Assembly (NCBI GenBank): GCA_963920595.1
Contig: OY986948.1
Location: 2,604,001 to 2,668,000 of the forward strand
Direction of reading: 5' to 3'
DNA length: 64,000 bases
Source: Eimeria praecox
Taxonomy: Eukaryota
The position numbers were made by a program, and so were the translations under genes. Shown one piece after another: positions 28,601 to 43,300 of this stretch. The notes below the pieces were generated by a model that was given only the letters and a program-made list of their open reading frames with translations, was not told the origin of the DNA and did not search any database. The number at the start of each line of letters is the position of its first letter. Within the stretch, counting starts at the first letter, position 1.

Positions 28601-31600
28601 CACACCTCCTTGCGTCTAGCCGACTTCTGTCGCATGCCTCATCCCAAACACGAGGCCAACGGAAACCAACAGAAACAGCGGGGAGCATGCTATCGCTAGT
28701 CTACACCCAAATACGCTTTGTTCTGCTTCTCTACAAATTAGCACTGATTCGCTCAAATGGCTCACCAAGCAATACGCTAGAAGCAAGCTAAATCGCAAAA
28801 CGTACAACTGTTCCATAGCGCCTACAGTTGTCCCTTCCTACCCCTGGAAAATGCGGGGGCGCTCGTCCCGCACAAACAAGTAAATTAACTTGCATATAAG
28901 AAGCTTCAAATCGGGGGGTTCCGCTTGCTCTCGACGCTGCCGCCACAAGGAAAGCACTTCTCCACTTCGATAACTGAACCGATGCTTTCGCACCGAACTA
29001 AGAGCTCATGAACTGTCTCACTGAACTAGCTGACAACTAGGGACGGTGGGATCGAAAACATGGCCAGCAGCTTCCGGTTTGCTGTTTCAAACGGTTTCCG
29101 CCCTGCAACTAACAGTCAACCAAAGACGGCGAAGGGCAGCAAAGTGCATGAGCTATTCAGCGCCTACTAATCAGTAGGTGCTGGTTGCATCTTGTGCATA
29201 GCGGCACCTAAGCAAGTCCTCAAGCGAAATGGTACAAAATAACCGATTGTTGCAGTTACGGCTTAATCTAAGTGCTTGCTTGCCGCATACGTATGTGCAA
29301 CCAGCCTTCAACCTACGCGTTCCCCTTAAACAACCAAATGTTCTCGCACATCCTGCATCAGGGCATAGTTCCTACGATAATGACCGTGCTTCACAAGCGC
29401 TTGCTTGTTCGTCTGATGCCTTCCGGTGCTTCTCCCGGTCATCATCTCTCATAGAGACGTAAAATAAGCAACTTGACATACTAGCCTGCGCCTGCTAGCT
29501 TTACGGCCACACACATGTATCGGAACGGCTTCACGGCATCGCTCCGCCAACACACCAGGGTAAACAAACTGAATCACGCAGTTCGGTGTCACTTTCTGAG
29601 CACCTCAGCTCCACAATACCATGCCCGACAAAGCCTTAGCACTAGCTGTGAACAGGCAGACATTAGCGGTAGGGATTTTGCGCAGACAAACTCTAGAAAA
29701 TGATGCACGCCCAGATTCTGCCGCCCATTCTGCCCTGCGGCACTACACAGGTGACAAACTACAAGGCCATAAACCAACAACGCTAAAGCCACCCTGCGTT
29801 CCGACTCTGAAAATATCTGCTGCCAAAGTTGGACAAGCCACACCCTTGTTGCGGCCGCGGAGCGAGATCACAAATGGCTGGCTCTGCAAAGCATCTCGCT
29901 CTCGGGAGATCGCAACTGACCTCTTTGTCAACAGCTGAGGGAACAACCAGCCTTTACACTCAACAAGTTCGCAAGTGCCCGACTGAGGAATTCTGCATGC
30001 GTAACAAGCATGCGATCCTTTGAGATTTGACAGGGCATCTGCGGAGACGTGACTCACAAGCTGCGTCCAGTGCCTCCAAGTAACAGCTGACCCGAAATAA
30101 AGCTGTTTACCAGCTCGTCTGAGCCACTAAATTCGCAGGCCCGTCCGTTGCTGTGAGGAAATCCTGCTGCATGGATCCGCACTAATTATGCTTCGACTTG
30201 GGCGATTCACAACACTTGCGCACCTGCCCTACCAACGCGCGTATACCAACGCCCGCCCGGCACACCAGGGTAAACAAACTGAATCACGCAGTTCGGTGTC
30301 ACTTTCTGAGCACCTCAGCTCCGCAATACCATGCCCGACAAAGCCTTAGCACAAGCTGGTTCATCAAGCCACAGACACACACACGCACATGTATGTCAAG
30401 CAAAGCTCACACGCCAATTGGTGCAACTGCAGGAAATAGACCTGGCTTGACAGGCACCAAAACGCTGCCGCATATAAGCAGGAAATCCCGCTATGCAGAG
30501 GGTAGTAGGTAGGTATATCATGCGTAGCGAAGCTCGCTTCTCCAATGTTTGCGATCCCCTTTTCGCATAGATGCCTGTGAATGAGCTGGTCAGAAATCGA
30601 AGGGTCAAGCTGAAATTTAGGCTTGCCTTCAGGAACTCTCTACTCTGAACTAGGACCGCAGCCCTCACCTCACCACAATGCAGGTTATAGAGGCTGCCCA
30701 AACACTGTGGTGACCAGGGCTGCATGCTGCAGATGCAGTGCCTGATCGTCATGCTTTCACATCGCTTTAGGCGCCGCCTGCATTCTTGAATCCTTTTGGA
30801 ACGATGGCAAATCCGCGACTCCCCGGCTACATAATGCAGGTGACCCGCTCCAGACACCAACTCACGTTCTACAGTAACACAGCATTCGTGTAGGGGCATG
30901 CTCTGTCATGTGCTTTGACGTGCGCACAACCAGTTATTCTTCCAGCGAACCGTTGGCATCACGCTCAGCAGATGAAATCTACACCCATATCTCATGTACT
31001 CTTTCGTGCAAGTCGTCGAAGACGGCTTCGGCCAACCATTGCGAAACGCATTAACACTTGTGAGGGTACAGGCACTTCAACGTATAACTAAGCATACACC
31101 TAAGGATCGTCCAGTCACAGATGCATGCAAAATAGGGGTACGTAGCAACGCTGGGAAGAAAAGAAAACCCTGTGACAGGCTATGCCCTGCCAGATTTTCG
31201 TTAGACCCTAACTCCTGCAAAGCTGAGCCGCAAAGCCTATCAGGCGGCATGCTGAGATTCTCTAGAAATTCTTGTGCCTTCATCGCTGGCAGACCAACTC
31301 ACCATCCGCCAAAATATTTCAGGGCAGTCTTGCAGAGATCGGCTGCAACTCCCAGCTTTACCATGCATCGCAGTTTGCAACTCACAAAGCCAACCAACCA
31401 ACCAACCAACGGGGTAAACGCAAGCAAGCCAAAATGCAACTGCTTGAGCCCTGCAATGCCGTCAAAGGACGCGCCCACGCACTCTCTGTAAGGTCAGTCC
31501 AAGCTATGCGTCATGAAAGCTATCGCCAGATTGTTGGTTCGTCCTCAGTGCCGCATGTTTACATCCGTTCGCACAAGACCGACAAACGGTATCGAGCTGA

Positions 31601-34110
31601 GCATGAACTAGTGGACTGTACGACCCAAAGCATCACATCCTCCACTTCCACTGCTAGTCGTGCACAAGGCCTTCTTAGTGGCGGGATCTGCTATGGCCGA
31701 ACGCCTGCCAGTAATGGAGGTAGAAGTGAGTTTACACAATTGGAACGTGCCCAGCGTCCCGCGCAAGCCGTTAGTCATAGTGGCTGGTACAAACAAACAA
31801 TGCTTGCGACCAAGTCACAGTGTCGCGTCCAGGGCCCTTCACAAGTCAAAAGTGAAGGGCGCTGGTCAGCGGATTCGTGCTTCCTAGAACTACCAAGGGC
31901 CGCCTTGCTGTGGAGCACCATAGTGAGCGACTTCCACTGTAAGTTGCCGACCCACAAGGGCAAGCAGACAAGGAGCTGAGAAGAGCCTTTGAGGAAGCAG
32001 TGAGCATTTCCGCGCAGAGCAAAGCCAATGCTGTGGACAGGCGAGCAGATGCAGCATGTGCAGCTTAAAAAGGAGCCTTGTACCGTTGCCAAGGGTGTTA
32101 GTAGGATGCGCGGCAAGATTGAAGGACACGCCCATCGAAGTCCAAAACCTTCTCCGCGCGATACCGACTCTTCACGCCAGTTTCGGGCCCGCCCATCTCG
32201 TAAATTCCGTCTTCCCAATTCCTTTCAAATTCCATCCTAATGGACTAACAACTCAAACTGAAGCGGCACGCTCCTGCGTCTGATAGTAATGCAGCCACTA
32301 GCTGGTTTCTATAGCCGAGTTCCTCAGTACACCAACGCACTGAGGCGATACCAGCGTTACTTCGAGGCGTCCCAAGCACCTTCAACTGTTTTCATATGAT
32401 GCTGCAAAACAACATACCTCCTGAAGGGCCGAGCAGAATTACCATGATAGCCGTTGCACAAACTCCTGCAGATGAGGCGAACAGATCCATCCTCAGTCAG
32501 CAGCTTAGCATCACTGCAATATCACCGCACCTATCAGAACTGAATCGTCACCTCAACTTCTGCAAGCAGAGCATCTGCACGAAAAGGACGCCGTTAGAGC
32601 ATCGCGCTGCGACCCTTCACCGGCAGAGCAGCGTACCTTTAACTGAGTGGTGAGCGATCAACGACATCGTCGATGATTTTTAGCCCCCTCTCTCTGCCAT
32701 ATATGCGCAGGGGCGCTAGATCAGCATTAGTGGCGCCTGCAGCCCTATGTATTATACCTTTCTACTCAACTGGCGCAGCTGAGGCGGTCAGGCAGGCGCG
32801 CCACTAGGATTCCGCCCTTAGTGCTGTCAGTGCTGTCTTTTGTTCTATTGATCCAGCGTACCACCTGTCCTTCATCCCCTTACGCACGATAGCGAATGGT
32901 AGAGCGATCCTGCGGATCGTGGGATGGGAAGTAGCAACACTGAGAGAGGGGCGCTGTAAATATGTGTCGGTCCTGCAACACTGCTGCGTGCAGAAGGTCC
33001 AGCCCCCAAGAAAGCATCGCTAACACATAGCAGCGGCACGTCGGACACGCAGGACGGGCAAATACAAGCCCTCGTAGCCTTGCAGAATTTCCAAAGGCCG
33101 CACAAATTCGCACAGTACACACGGACGTGGCACCCAAGGGCTACCAGCCCACACGCTGCCCATTCCTGTCCGCTGGTTGCTTTGCAAGGCGAAAGGCATG
33201 TCCTTGTCCTGTGATGCGTCAAGCAGAGAAGCTTGACGAACTTTTAGCAAAGACCGCACAAATCAAACAGATGCCCTACACCTCAACTGAGACACACTGG
33301 GGACCGAGCTCTCAATTCCCAGGAATCCTTTGGCCAACTCGCCAACGCGTACAAAGCCTAACAGCAGGGCCTGACTTTCCTTGGAATGCCTTTGACTTGC
33401 GCATTGTCCAAACGTGCCACGTAATCACCTTGAATCAATTACGCGGGAAACCTTGCATTGTGGCTTTTGACCGTCACCAGCAAATATGTGAAGAGCAATG
33501 CCAGAAGGGGGAGCGCGCCTACTACCACAAAAACCTAAATGCCAGGCAAACAATCAAAGGAATTGAGCAGCCCGCAACCTCACGAACAGTGTATATCTTC
33601 CTCTTCATGAGATCAACCGGCGTGCAAGTTCTATGCTGCTCCCTAGCAATCCTCTCAAAATAGTCCTACGGCAGGCGCAGTTGTTGTTTACCAAAACTCA
33701 GCATGGCGATGACGCACATTCTAAAACCTCATTGGACTAGGAAAGCCGCATTCAGTAGCTGACGCGTAGTGAAAGCAAACGGGTGCGAAAAAAGACACAC
33801 CTCCTTGCGTCTAGCCGACTTCTGTCGCATGCCTCATCCCAAACACGAGGCCAACGGAAACCAACGGAAACAGCGGGGAGCATGCTATCGCTAGTCTACA
33901 CCCAAATACGCTTTGTTCTGCTTCCCTACAAACTAGCACTGATTCGCTCAAATGGCTCACCAAGCAATACGCTAGAAGCAAGCTAAATCGCAAAACGTAC
34001 AACTGTTCCATAGCGCCTACAGTTGTCCCTTCCTACCCCTGGAAAATGCGGGGGCGCTCGTCCCGCACAAACAAGTAAATTAACCTGCATATAAGAAGCC
34101 TTAAATCGGG
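16647..34110. repeat. Subtype B tandem units, period 5195-5197 bp (three full copies plus a partial fourth)
   Basis: Matching ORFs at 16809/22006/27201/32396 and 17540/22737/27932/33127. Identity ends after TTAAATCGGG at about 34110. Confidence 0.97.
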
Positions 34111-34343
34111 TGATCCAAATTGCGCACGACGTTGAGACTACACCGGCAATCGATAGTGCGTTTCAGCAACGAAACCCATCCACTGACACCACGCCTAACC
34201 TCTGGCACAGGCCAACAGCGCTAACGAGCAAGTACCGGCAGCGCTGTCGAAACCAAGAACAGCAGATTCAGTTTTTTTTGGTCCATGGTGGTGGTGTATG
34301 GTTGGTGATACTGCAGAAGGGACGAAGGGCAACGGCGTGCGCC

Positions 34344-37300
34344 TAATTCAATGCCTACTAGTGAGCCGCTTTTGGGTCCAACTCACCCACAGCGGCACCT
34401 AAGCTAGTCCTCAGGAGATGTCAATCGAAATCATCGTTTGCTGTAGGCACGCTTGAACCTACGTGGCCGTCTGTGGCCTATGCATGCACAACTAGCCTTC
34501 AGCCTGTGCGTGTCCCTTGACAAACCAAGCCTTCCCGCACTTTCTGTATCGTAGCATATGTACCACCATGATATGCTCGCCTTATAAGAAATTGCTTACT
34601 CGGCTGACGTCGTGTGGCCATTCTAAGCCGTCACGCTGTATCACACAGCAATCAGGTAAAGCCTCGCAGGCCAGCCTGCGCCAGCCGTTTTGGTGGCTGA
34701 TGCTCTATCGGAACAGTTTGTACCCTTGCACTACCAGCAAACCGCAACAGACGGAATACTCAATGGCGCACCCAGCATTCTTCGCCAGATGGTGCTCTAC
34801 CGTACCATGCCAAAACCAAACCACAGCACCGTCCATCACCAGCCTAATAACATCCCCACCTCCGTGTGTCACAACAAATGTTGCAAAAGTGGCTCTAGTC
34901 ATAAATGCATTGAAGCTGTCCAGCCCTTCGCATCTAGCCGGCACTGTGGTGCAGATTGCTCTTGACAGGACGTGACGGACGCCCAATTCAATCGTTGAAA
35001 GAACGCCTGCCTTGTACTGCACACTCAACAAGCTCGCAAGTGAATGATTGGCCAATTCTGCCGGTGTAAGAAATACCTGTACCCTAGATATTCGACCAGG
35101 TGCCTGGGTAGACGTGACCCACAAGCTGTATCCAGTGCACCGGCTTGCCATCCGATGCTTAGCCAACTCAGCAGCTGGGATCGTCAGATTCTGCGGCGCA
35201 AATCACATGTTCCTGTGCTTCGCCTTCCGGGCTTCACAGCATCTGCATACGGGCCCTACCAGCATGCGCTCACCAACGCCAGCCATGCTCTTCCTGCTAC
35301 TCTGAATCAGCCGCCACCATAATGCGCACTACGCACTCTGCCTAAGTACTGTTGTTGTCGCGAAGGAGGTCGATTCTCTGCTGTACATTGCGGGGAGCAA
35401 TGTCCCGCTGCGCTCGTTTCAAACTACGTAAGATTTAGTCATTTTTATTTCAACATGCTGAACCAATCTTTTATCCACAAGCGGCAGGCTACATAAGGGG
35501 GATGACTTGCTCTACAGGCTAACGCACCTCCTACGGCAGCACGCACAGGGCAGCAATGCCAGGGTTTGCCATTTTTCCTGCAGGATCCATGAAAGCACCT
35601 ACTCATGTCGGGTACAGCTTTGCCTTCGCTCAGCAGGTAAAATGCACATCCGCTGCTTCATGAAATGTTCATGCCACTCAATTAGTCGAACCATCCATCA
35701 CGAAAGGTATTTGCACCTGTGAAACTACCAGCGGTGTAAAACCCTACTACGCAGCGGCTAACCAGCGGTGGGCCTGAGCCAGGAGGGCATTCTACCGCTC
35801 ACTAGAAAATAAAACTCACTAAGACAGCCTGTGTACTAATCCGTCCGTTCATGATCCCAGCTGCACGTCAAAAAGAGGGCCACTCCGCCGACTAGATAGC
35901 ATGCTGAGACTCTTTCCAAGCAGTATCCTGCAATTTCATAATCTGCAACACCAACCCAGCATCCCCCGCGTTCGGGGACAAACCGTGCAGACGCCGAATG
36001 CAACTACCAGTTTTGCCACGCATCGCAAGTCGCTCCTGCAGAGCCTAACCAGCACACAACAAAAGGGCATGTGCAAGCCACCCCTGCTTAAGTAGTGCAG
36101 TGTTCTTTAAACCTGTGTATACCCACGAGCTGTATGTTGCCGACACTACGCACTATGAAGGCTATCATCAGGCCGCTGACTCGCGCTTCAGCGCAGCATG
36201 CTTTCAAAAGCTCGCTCAAGAGTGCGAGCGCAACACGGTAACAAACGAAGCATCAACCAGGTAGAAAACACAGAAAGCGGTTCCGCCTCCGATGATTTTC
36301 CTCTTTACCGCCCACTACACATTCGTCTTTGGGAACGGTGTCCACTCGCCTTACAGTGATGGAAGCGTCACTGAGCCTGCACAACTGGAGGGTGCCTGAG
36401 GCTCCGCAGAGGCTGCTCAATATTGAGCCTACTGCACCACCAACCGAAACGTAAGATTTTTACACAGTATCTACTTAGTGTTTCGTAGATCAAAGCGGAT
36501 GCGCGCTGGCCAGCCGATCCGTGCTTCCTAGAACTGGCGAAGGCTCTTCCGATGCCTGTACGGCAACGCAGTCTGCGATTTTCAGGAACTTCCAGGCAAG
36601 GAAAGAGCTGACACTTGCTCTTGGCGAAGCAGTAGTAGTACCGCCACCAAGCAAGCTTCCGATGTATACTACAAGACTGCAAGATACGCAAGATAAACCA
36701 GAAGTCTTCTAACGGATCCTGGTGCTTCATGCCCCCTCGTCAATGATGGGCCCATCCATCCCGCAAAGCATGCGCTGTCTGTAGTTTTGAAAACTCACCC
36801 TGAGTGAGTAGCTTACGCTAAACTGGCACACTGCTGCGCCTCACTGCAAGGCATCCCCTAGCTGGCCTATAGAGCCGACTCCCTCAGCACGGGCACACAC
36901 CTTGGCGACGCTAATATCACTTTGGGGCACCAAATGCTTCCCCAACTCCTTTTATATAACGCCAGAGAGCAACACACCTCCTGAAAAAACAAACAGCATT
37001 ACCTTGGTGACCCTTGCACAAATTCAGACAAGCGAAAGGAGCAGGCCCCCTTCAGTCAGCCACTAAGCATCTATCAGTGCACCCATCGGAACTGATTTTC
37101 CATCTCGACTGCTGCCAGCAGATCGACTGCACGCACGAATAGAAGGCTGCCGACGCTTTGAGCTGCTGCGGCCGCTTTGAGCTGCGACTGCACACTGGCA
37201 AATCAGCGCACACTTAGGCAACTGGTAAGCAGCAAATCATATCCTCATTGCTTCGCACGCAATCTGGCGCTGGCCCCTAGAGGGGTTGGTTGGAGGCGCC

Positions 37301-40300
37301 TGCGGTCCATCCAAGCGCTCCATCCTATTCACGTGGCACGGCTGACCAGCCCATCCAGTTGCACTGGTGCCCCTTCCTCGTAGCTGCTGCCTTCTGTACT
37401 GCAAGTGCGGCGCACCTTCTGTCCAGTAATCCCTTAAGCACAGCAGTAAATAGTATAACGTTTCTCCGGCAACTGCAGTAGGTACCAGCAAGACGGAGGG
37501 CTGTTCTGTTGTCCTGTACTGCCTGTACTGCGTCTGCAAACATGCTGCGTCAGCCGGGCCACTCCGTCGAGAAGCATCCCCAGGCCGCATGCTCAGCTTG
37601 TAAGGTACACACACATAGCACATATAAATCTCTGTTGCTTGCAAAGCTCGACCATTTCGCGTATATACGCACGCTTTATCCTGCACGCACTTAGCACATA
37701 AACGCCACCAACAAATACACTGCCACTTCGTCTTTAGCGACGCTTTTGCAAACGACACATGGGCATGCCCTGAGCTGTGGAGGACGAAGCTACAGCAACG
37801 GCGTTTCACGGCGCCAGCAAGATACCAGCCGCAGCCCTACACGCGAGCTGAGATGCGCTAAAAGTGAGATCCCCGAGGCCAAAATACCTACTGCTCAGCC
37901 CTGTGAAGCGTCCGAAAGATGAAGGCACATGGCTACGGCTGCATCGTACTTAACCTGCAAATAATCCAAATGTGCTGCCCTACAGCCTTCGATTCGCCAC
38001 ACAAGGTATCCTGTGCTTTGCTCAAAAAGTGAAGGGCGTATATATTTGGTGGGCAATGCCAGAGGTGTTCCCATGTCTCCCACCACATGAGTTCAAGTGC
38101 TTTAGGTATTATTCCACCACAAGAATTTAAAGGCCGTGCGAGGTGTCAAGGAACAATCATTCGGCCACATCAAGACGAGCCAGTCTCCTCCTCAGCGTCC
38201 CCTCAGTCAATGCGCGAGTTGAACACTGCTGCCTGCAGATCCCCTCAAATAATGCCTGCCACGCTTCGGTTGTTCACCAGAGCTCAGCATGCCAGCATGG
38301 CGGTGACGTACAATCTAAAACCCCACTGGACTGGGCAAGCCACTTTAAATAGCTGATGCGCATCAAGTGAAGAGTGCGTCGTCAGAAGAAATGCGATGAC
38401 GAGCTGTGCACTCACCGCTAGATGCTTTGCCCAAGGCAAAAGGCTAATTAACATTAGTAGCCAGCATGCTACAGCAAACCTACAATCAAATATCGATCGC
38501 CTTCGCCTCTCCACAAATTCACATGGCTCATTCCTCGCTCATTCTAATGGCCTACCAAAGAATATAATGGACGCAAGAGAAATCCAACCAGATGCGCCTA
38601 CACCACAGCATTCACCGTGGGCCACTACCAATCCACTGCAAAATGCAGGAGCATTCGCCCAGTAGGCACAAGTAAATTAACTAGCTTGCAAAAAGCTACA
38701 AAAAGGCATTCTCTGCGCTCCTGACACAAAGGCTACGACGGCAAACACTGTTGCACGTGGACCGGGGACAAAGTGTCCTCACACCAAACTAAGTGCTCTT
38801 TCAGCGATTAACTGCATTTGATATCGGCCCACGCCATTACTGCCCGCACGCACACCATCAGCGTCTACTCGGGACTTGCAAACGACTGCTGCGTTGTAGC
38901 TGATAGGCCGCAGGAGCCGACGAAGGGCAGCCACGCGCACGCGTAATTCAATGCCTACTAGTGAGCCGCTGCTGGTTCCAACTCACCCACAGCAGCACCT
39001 AAGCTAGTCCTCAAGAGATGTCAATCGAAATCATCGTTTGCTGTAGGCACGCTTGAACCTACGTGGCCGTCTGTGGCCTATGCATGCACAACTAGCCTTC
39101 AGCCTGTGCGTGTCCCTTGACAAACCAAGCCTTCCCGCACTTTCTGTATCGTAGCATATGTACCACCATGATATGCTCGCCTTATAAGAAATTGCTTACT
39201 CGGCTGACGTCGTGTGGCCATTCTAAGCCGTCACGCTGTATCACACAGCAATCAGGTAAAGCCTCGCAGGCCAGCCTGCGCCAGCCGTTTTGGTGGCTGA
39301 TGCTCTATCGGAACAGTTTGTACCCTTGCACTACCAGCAAACCGCAACAGACGGAATACTCAATGGCGCACCCAGCATTCTTCGCCAGATGGTGCTCTAC
39401 CGTACCATGTCAAAACCAAACCACAGCACCGTCCATCACCAGCCTAATAACATCCCCACCTCCGTGTGTCACAACAAATGTTGCAAAAGTAGCTCTAGTC
39501 ATAAATGCACTGACGCCATCAAGCCCTTCGCATCTAGCCGGCACTGTGGTGCAGATTGCTCTTGACAGGACGTGACGGACGCCCAATTCAATCGTTGAAA
39601 GAACGCCTGCCTTGTACTGCACACTCAACAAGCTCGCAAGTGAATGATTGGCCAATTCTGCCGGTGTAAGAAATACCTGTACCCTAGATATTTGACCAGG
39701 TGCCTGGGTAGACGTGACCCACAAGCTGTATCCAGTGCACCGGCTTGCCATCCGATGCTTAGCCAACTCAGCAGCTGGGATCGTCAGATTCTGCGGCGCA
39801 AATCACATGATCCTGTGCTTCGTCTTCCGGGCTTCACAGCATCTGCATAAGGGCCCTACGAACAAGGGTATGCCTACACTCGTCATGTTCCGTCTACTCT
39901 GACGCACCTACCACCACAGTGCGGGTCAGGTAGGCTGTCCAAAAGCTTGGTGTCGCGAGGGAGCTCGATTCGATGCTGTATATTGCGAATGCAGTGTCCC
40001 ACCGTCATGCGCTCAAACCACGTGTGTTACCACTAATATTCCAGCCTGCTGGACCGAGGTAAGTTTCATGGTTAGATGGATGCGCAACGAACCTGATATG
40101 CTCTACAGGCCAACGCACCTCCTATAGCAGCACGGCTGTACCGCAATGCCACGCTTTTCCGTTTGCTGAAGGACGCATGAAAACAGATACTCATATAGGG
40201 TGCAGCTGAGCGTCCGCCCAGCGGATTGGCTGCACACCCGCCGCTTCATCAGGTCTTGTTCGCACCCACCAAAGATGGCTTCGGCTAACCAGGCATTACG

Positions 40301-43300
40301 CAGGGCATTAGCGATTGCCATGCTACGAGAATTGCAAAGCACAACTGGATAGCGTCCAGCCAGAGCAGCACGCCAAACAGGAGTAGAAAGAAAGGAAACC
40401 ACTCTGGGATCGACTACGTTCTGTTACGTCTGTCCGCAGGCCCAGGTCCCCCTACGCATGTTGGGCCTAATGCCAACCAGATAGCATGCTGAGAATCGCT
40501 TCAAAGTCTGGAACCGCCAAACTCTGCAAAACAGCTTAACAGCCGCCACATTTGAGGGCAAGCCGGGCACAGATCGAGTGCCAGCCCCTGCTTTGCCACG
40601 CACCACAATTTGTCCCTTCAGAACCCCGCCATAGGTAAATGGCAAGAATAAATCACAGCTGCCTGAGAGCAACTGCTTGAGCCTTGCATGCCGTTAAACT
40701 TCCTTCTACCCACGAGCTGTTTTTTGTCGACGCCATGCTCTGTGAAAGCTATCATCAGGCCGCTGATTCGTGGTTCGCCAACGCCTGTATCTAACTGCTC
40801 GCTCAAGAGTGGCACAGTGTGCCTAGCTGAGCACCACCCACTAGATTGTACGACCCACCACGCCGTATCCTCCACTTCTACTGGCAGCCGCTCACAATGC
40901 TTTCTCAATAGGGAGTGTGTATACACCTACCTCCCAACGCTGGAAGCATCACTGAGCTTACACAGTGGGACCGTGCGTCTTACCCCGCACAAGCCTTAAT
41001 ATACTGAGCGTCCCGCACCAATGATCAATGCCTGCGATTGCAGCATACCATCGTTGTTGCCCGTGCCGCTTCCACTGCCCCTCACCAATAGGAAGGGGCC
41101 TGCCCTGCTTAACGGATTTGTGCCTCCTAGAACTGACAAACGTTGTTGGTCTTGCTGTGAGCAGTAGGCGATTTCCAGCATATCCCGCCCGCTCAGCAAG
41201 GCGGGGAAGCAAAAAGCTGAAACTTGCTCTTGGCGAAGCAGTAGTAGTACCGCCACCAAGCAAGCTTCCGCTGTATACTACAAGACTGCAAGATACGCAG
41301 GATAAAGCAGAAGTCGTCTAACGGATCCTGGTGCTTCATGCCCCCTCGTCAATGATGGGCCCATCCATCCCGCAAAGCATGCGCTGTCTGTAGTTTTGAA
41401 AACTCACCCTGAGTGAGTAGCTTACGCTAAACTGGCACACTGCTGCGCTTCACTGCAAGGCATCCCCTAGCTGGCCTATAGAGCCGACTCCCTCAGCACG
41501 GGCACACACCTTGGCGACGCTAATATCACTTTGGGGCACCAAATGCTTCCCCAACTCCTTTTATATAACGCCAGAGAGCAACACACCTCCTGAAAAAACA
41601 AACAGCATTACCTTGGTGACCCTTGCACAAATTCAGACAAGCGAAAGGAGCAGGCCCCCTTCAGTCAGCCACTAAGCATCTATCAGTGCACCCATCGGAA
41701 CTGATTTTCCATCTCGACTGCTGCCAGCAGATCGACTGCACGCACGAATAGAAGGCTGCCGACGCTTTGAGCTGCTGCGGCCGCTTTGAGCTGCGACTGC
41801 ACACTGGCAAATCAGCGCACACTTAGGCAACTGGTAAGCAGCAAATCATATCCTCATTGCTTCGCACGCAATCTGGCGCTGGCCCCTAGAGGGGTTGGTT
41901 GGAGGCGCCTGCGATCCATCCAAGCGCTCCATCCTATTCACGTGGCACGGCTGACCAGCCCATCCAGTTGCACTGGTGCCCCTTCCTCGTAGCTGCTGCC
42001 TTCTGTACTGCAAGTGCGGCGCACCTTCTGTCCAGTAATCCCTTAAGCACAGCAGTAAATAGTATAACGTTTCTCCGGCAACTGCAGTAGGTACCAGCAA
42101 GACGGAGGGCTGTTCTGTTGTCCTGTACTGCCTGTACTGCGTCTGCAAACATGCTGCGTCAGCCGGGCCACTCCGTCGAGAAGCATCCCCAGGCCGCATG
42201 CTCAGCTTGTAAGATACACACACATAGCACATACAAATCTCTGTTGCTTGCAAAGCTCGACCATTTCGCGTATATACGCACGCTTCATCCTGCATGCAGT
42301 TAGCACATAAACGCCATTAACAAATACACTGCCACTTCGTCTTTGACGATGCTTTTGCAAACGACGCATGGGCATGCCCTGAGCTGTGCAGGACGAAGCT
42401 GCAGCACTGAACTGTGCAGCACGAAGCTGCAGTAGCAGCTTTTCGCCGCGCCCACACGACGCCAACCGCAGCCCTACACCTTAGCTAAGGCATGGGACAA
42501 AAGAAAGCCCTGAGCGCAAGATGCCACCGGCTCAAATCTTTACAGCAATCAAAATATGAAGGGATAACAAGGCAGCCTCCACAACACATTAAACCTGCAC
42601 ATATTCCAACGTGCGGCAGCATTACGGAAATACATCAACAAAAGGTCCTCTGCTTTGCTTAGAGCATAACAAAAAAAAGGGGGCTTAGTACTGCCCAATC
42701 TGCCGCCACGGGGAATCAAGACCTCGAAGTAACCCTTCATCACCAGAATTAAAAGGCCTTTCGAGGTGTCAAGACATAATCAATCTGCCACATGAAGGCC
42801 AGCTAGTACCAACCTCTCTGGCGTTTCAGTTGATGCTTGCGCTGGTTGCTGCAGGCTGCAGATAGTGTCAAATATGGTCTGCAGGAGTTTTTGTTGTTGT
42901 TCACTGGAGCTTAGCATGGCGACGACGTACGGTCTAAAACATTGTTCGACTTGCGCGCCACATCACATCCAGTTACTGGTGCGCCTAAAGTGCAAAGTGC
43001 GCTGTCAAACGCAGGGCAACAATGTTCTCTGCGGTCACCTGCAGCATGCTTTGTTCAAAGCAGCAGGCCAAGGCACATAAGCAAGGAAGATGCTAAGGCG
43101 AATCTAGAGCCAAATTTCCATCGTTTCCTCCTCGCGAAAAACTCGCACTGATTCGTTCCAGTGACCTATCAACCAATATGCCACAAGTAATTTAAATTAA
43201 ACCAAATGCATCTGCCCGAATGCGTCCACCGCAAGTCGACAGCAACCAGCTGGCAGTGCGGGAGCATTCCTCCAGTGCATACAAGGAAGGTACCAAGCTT

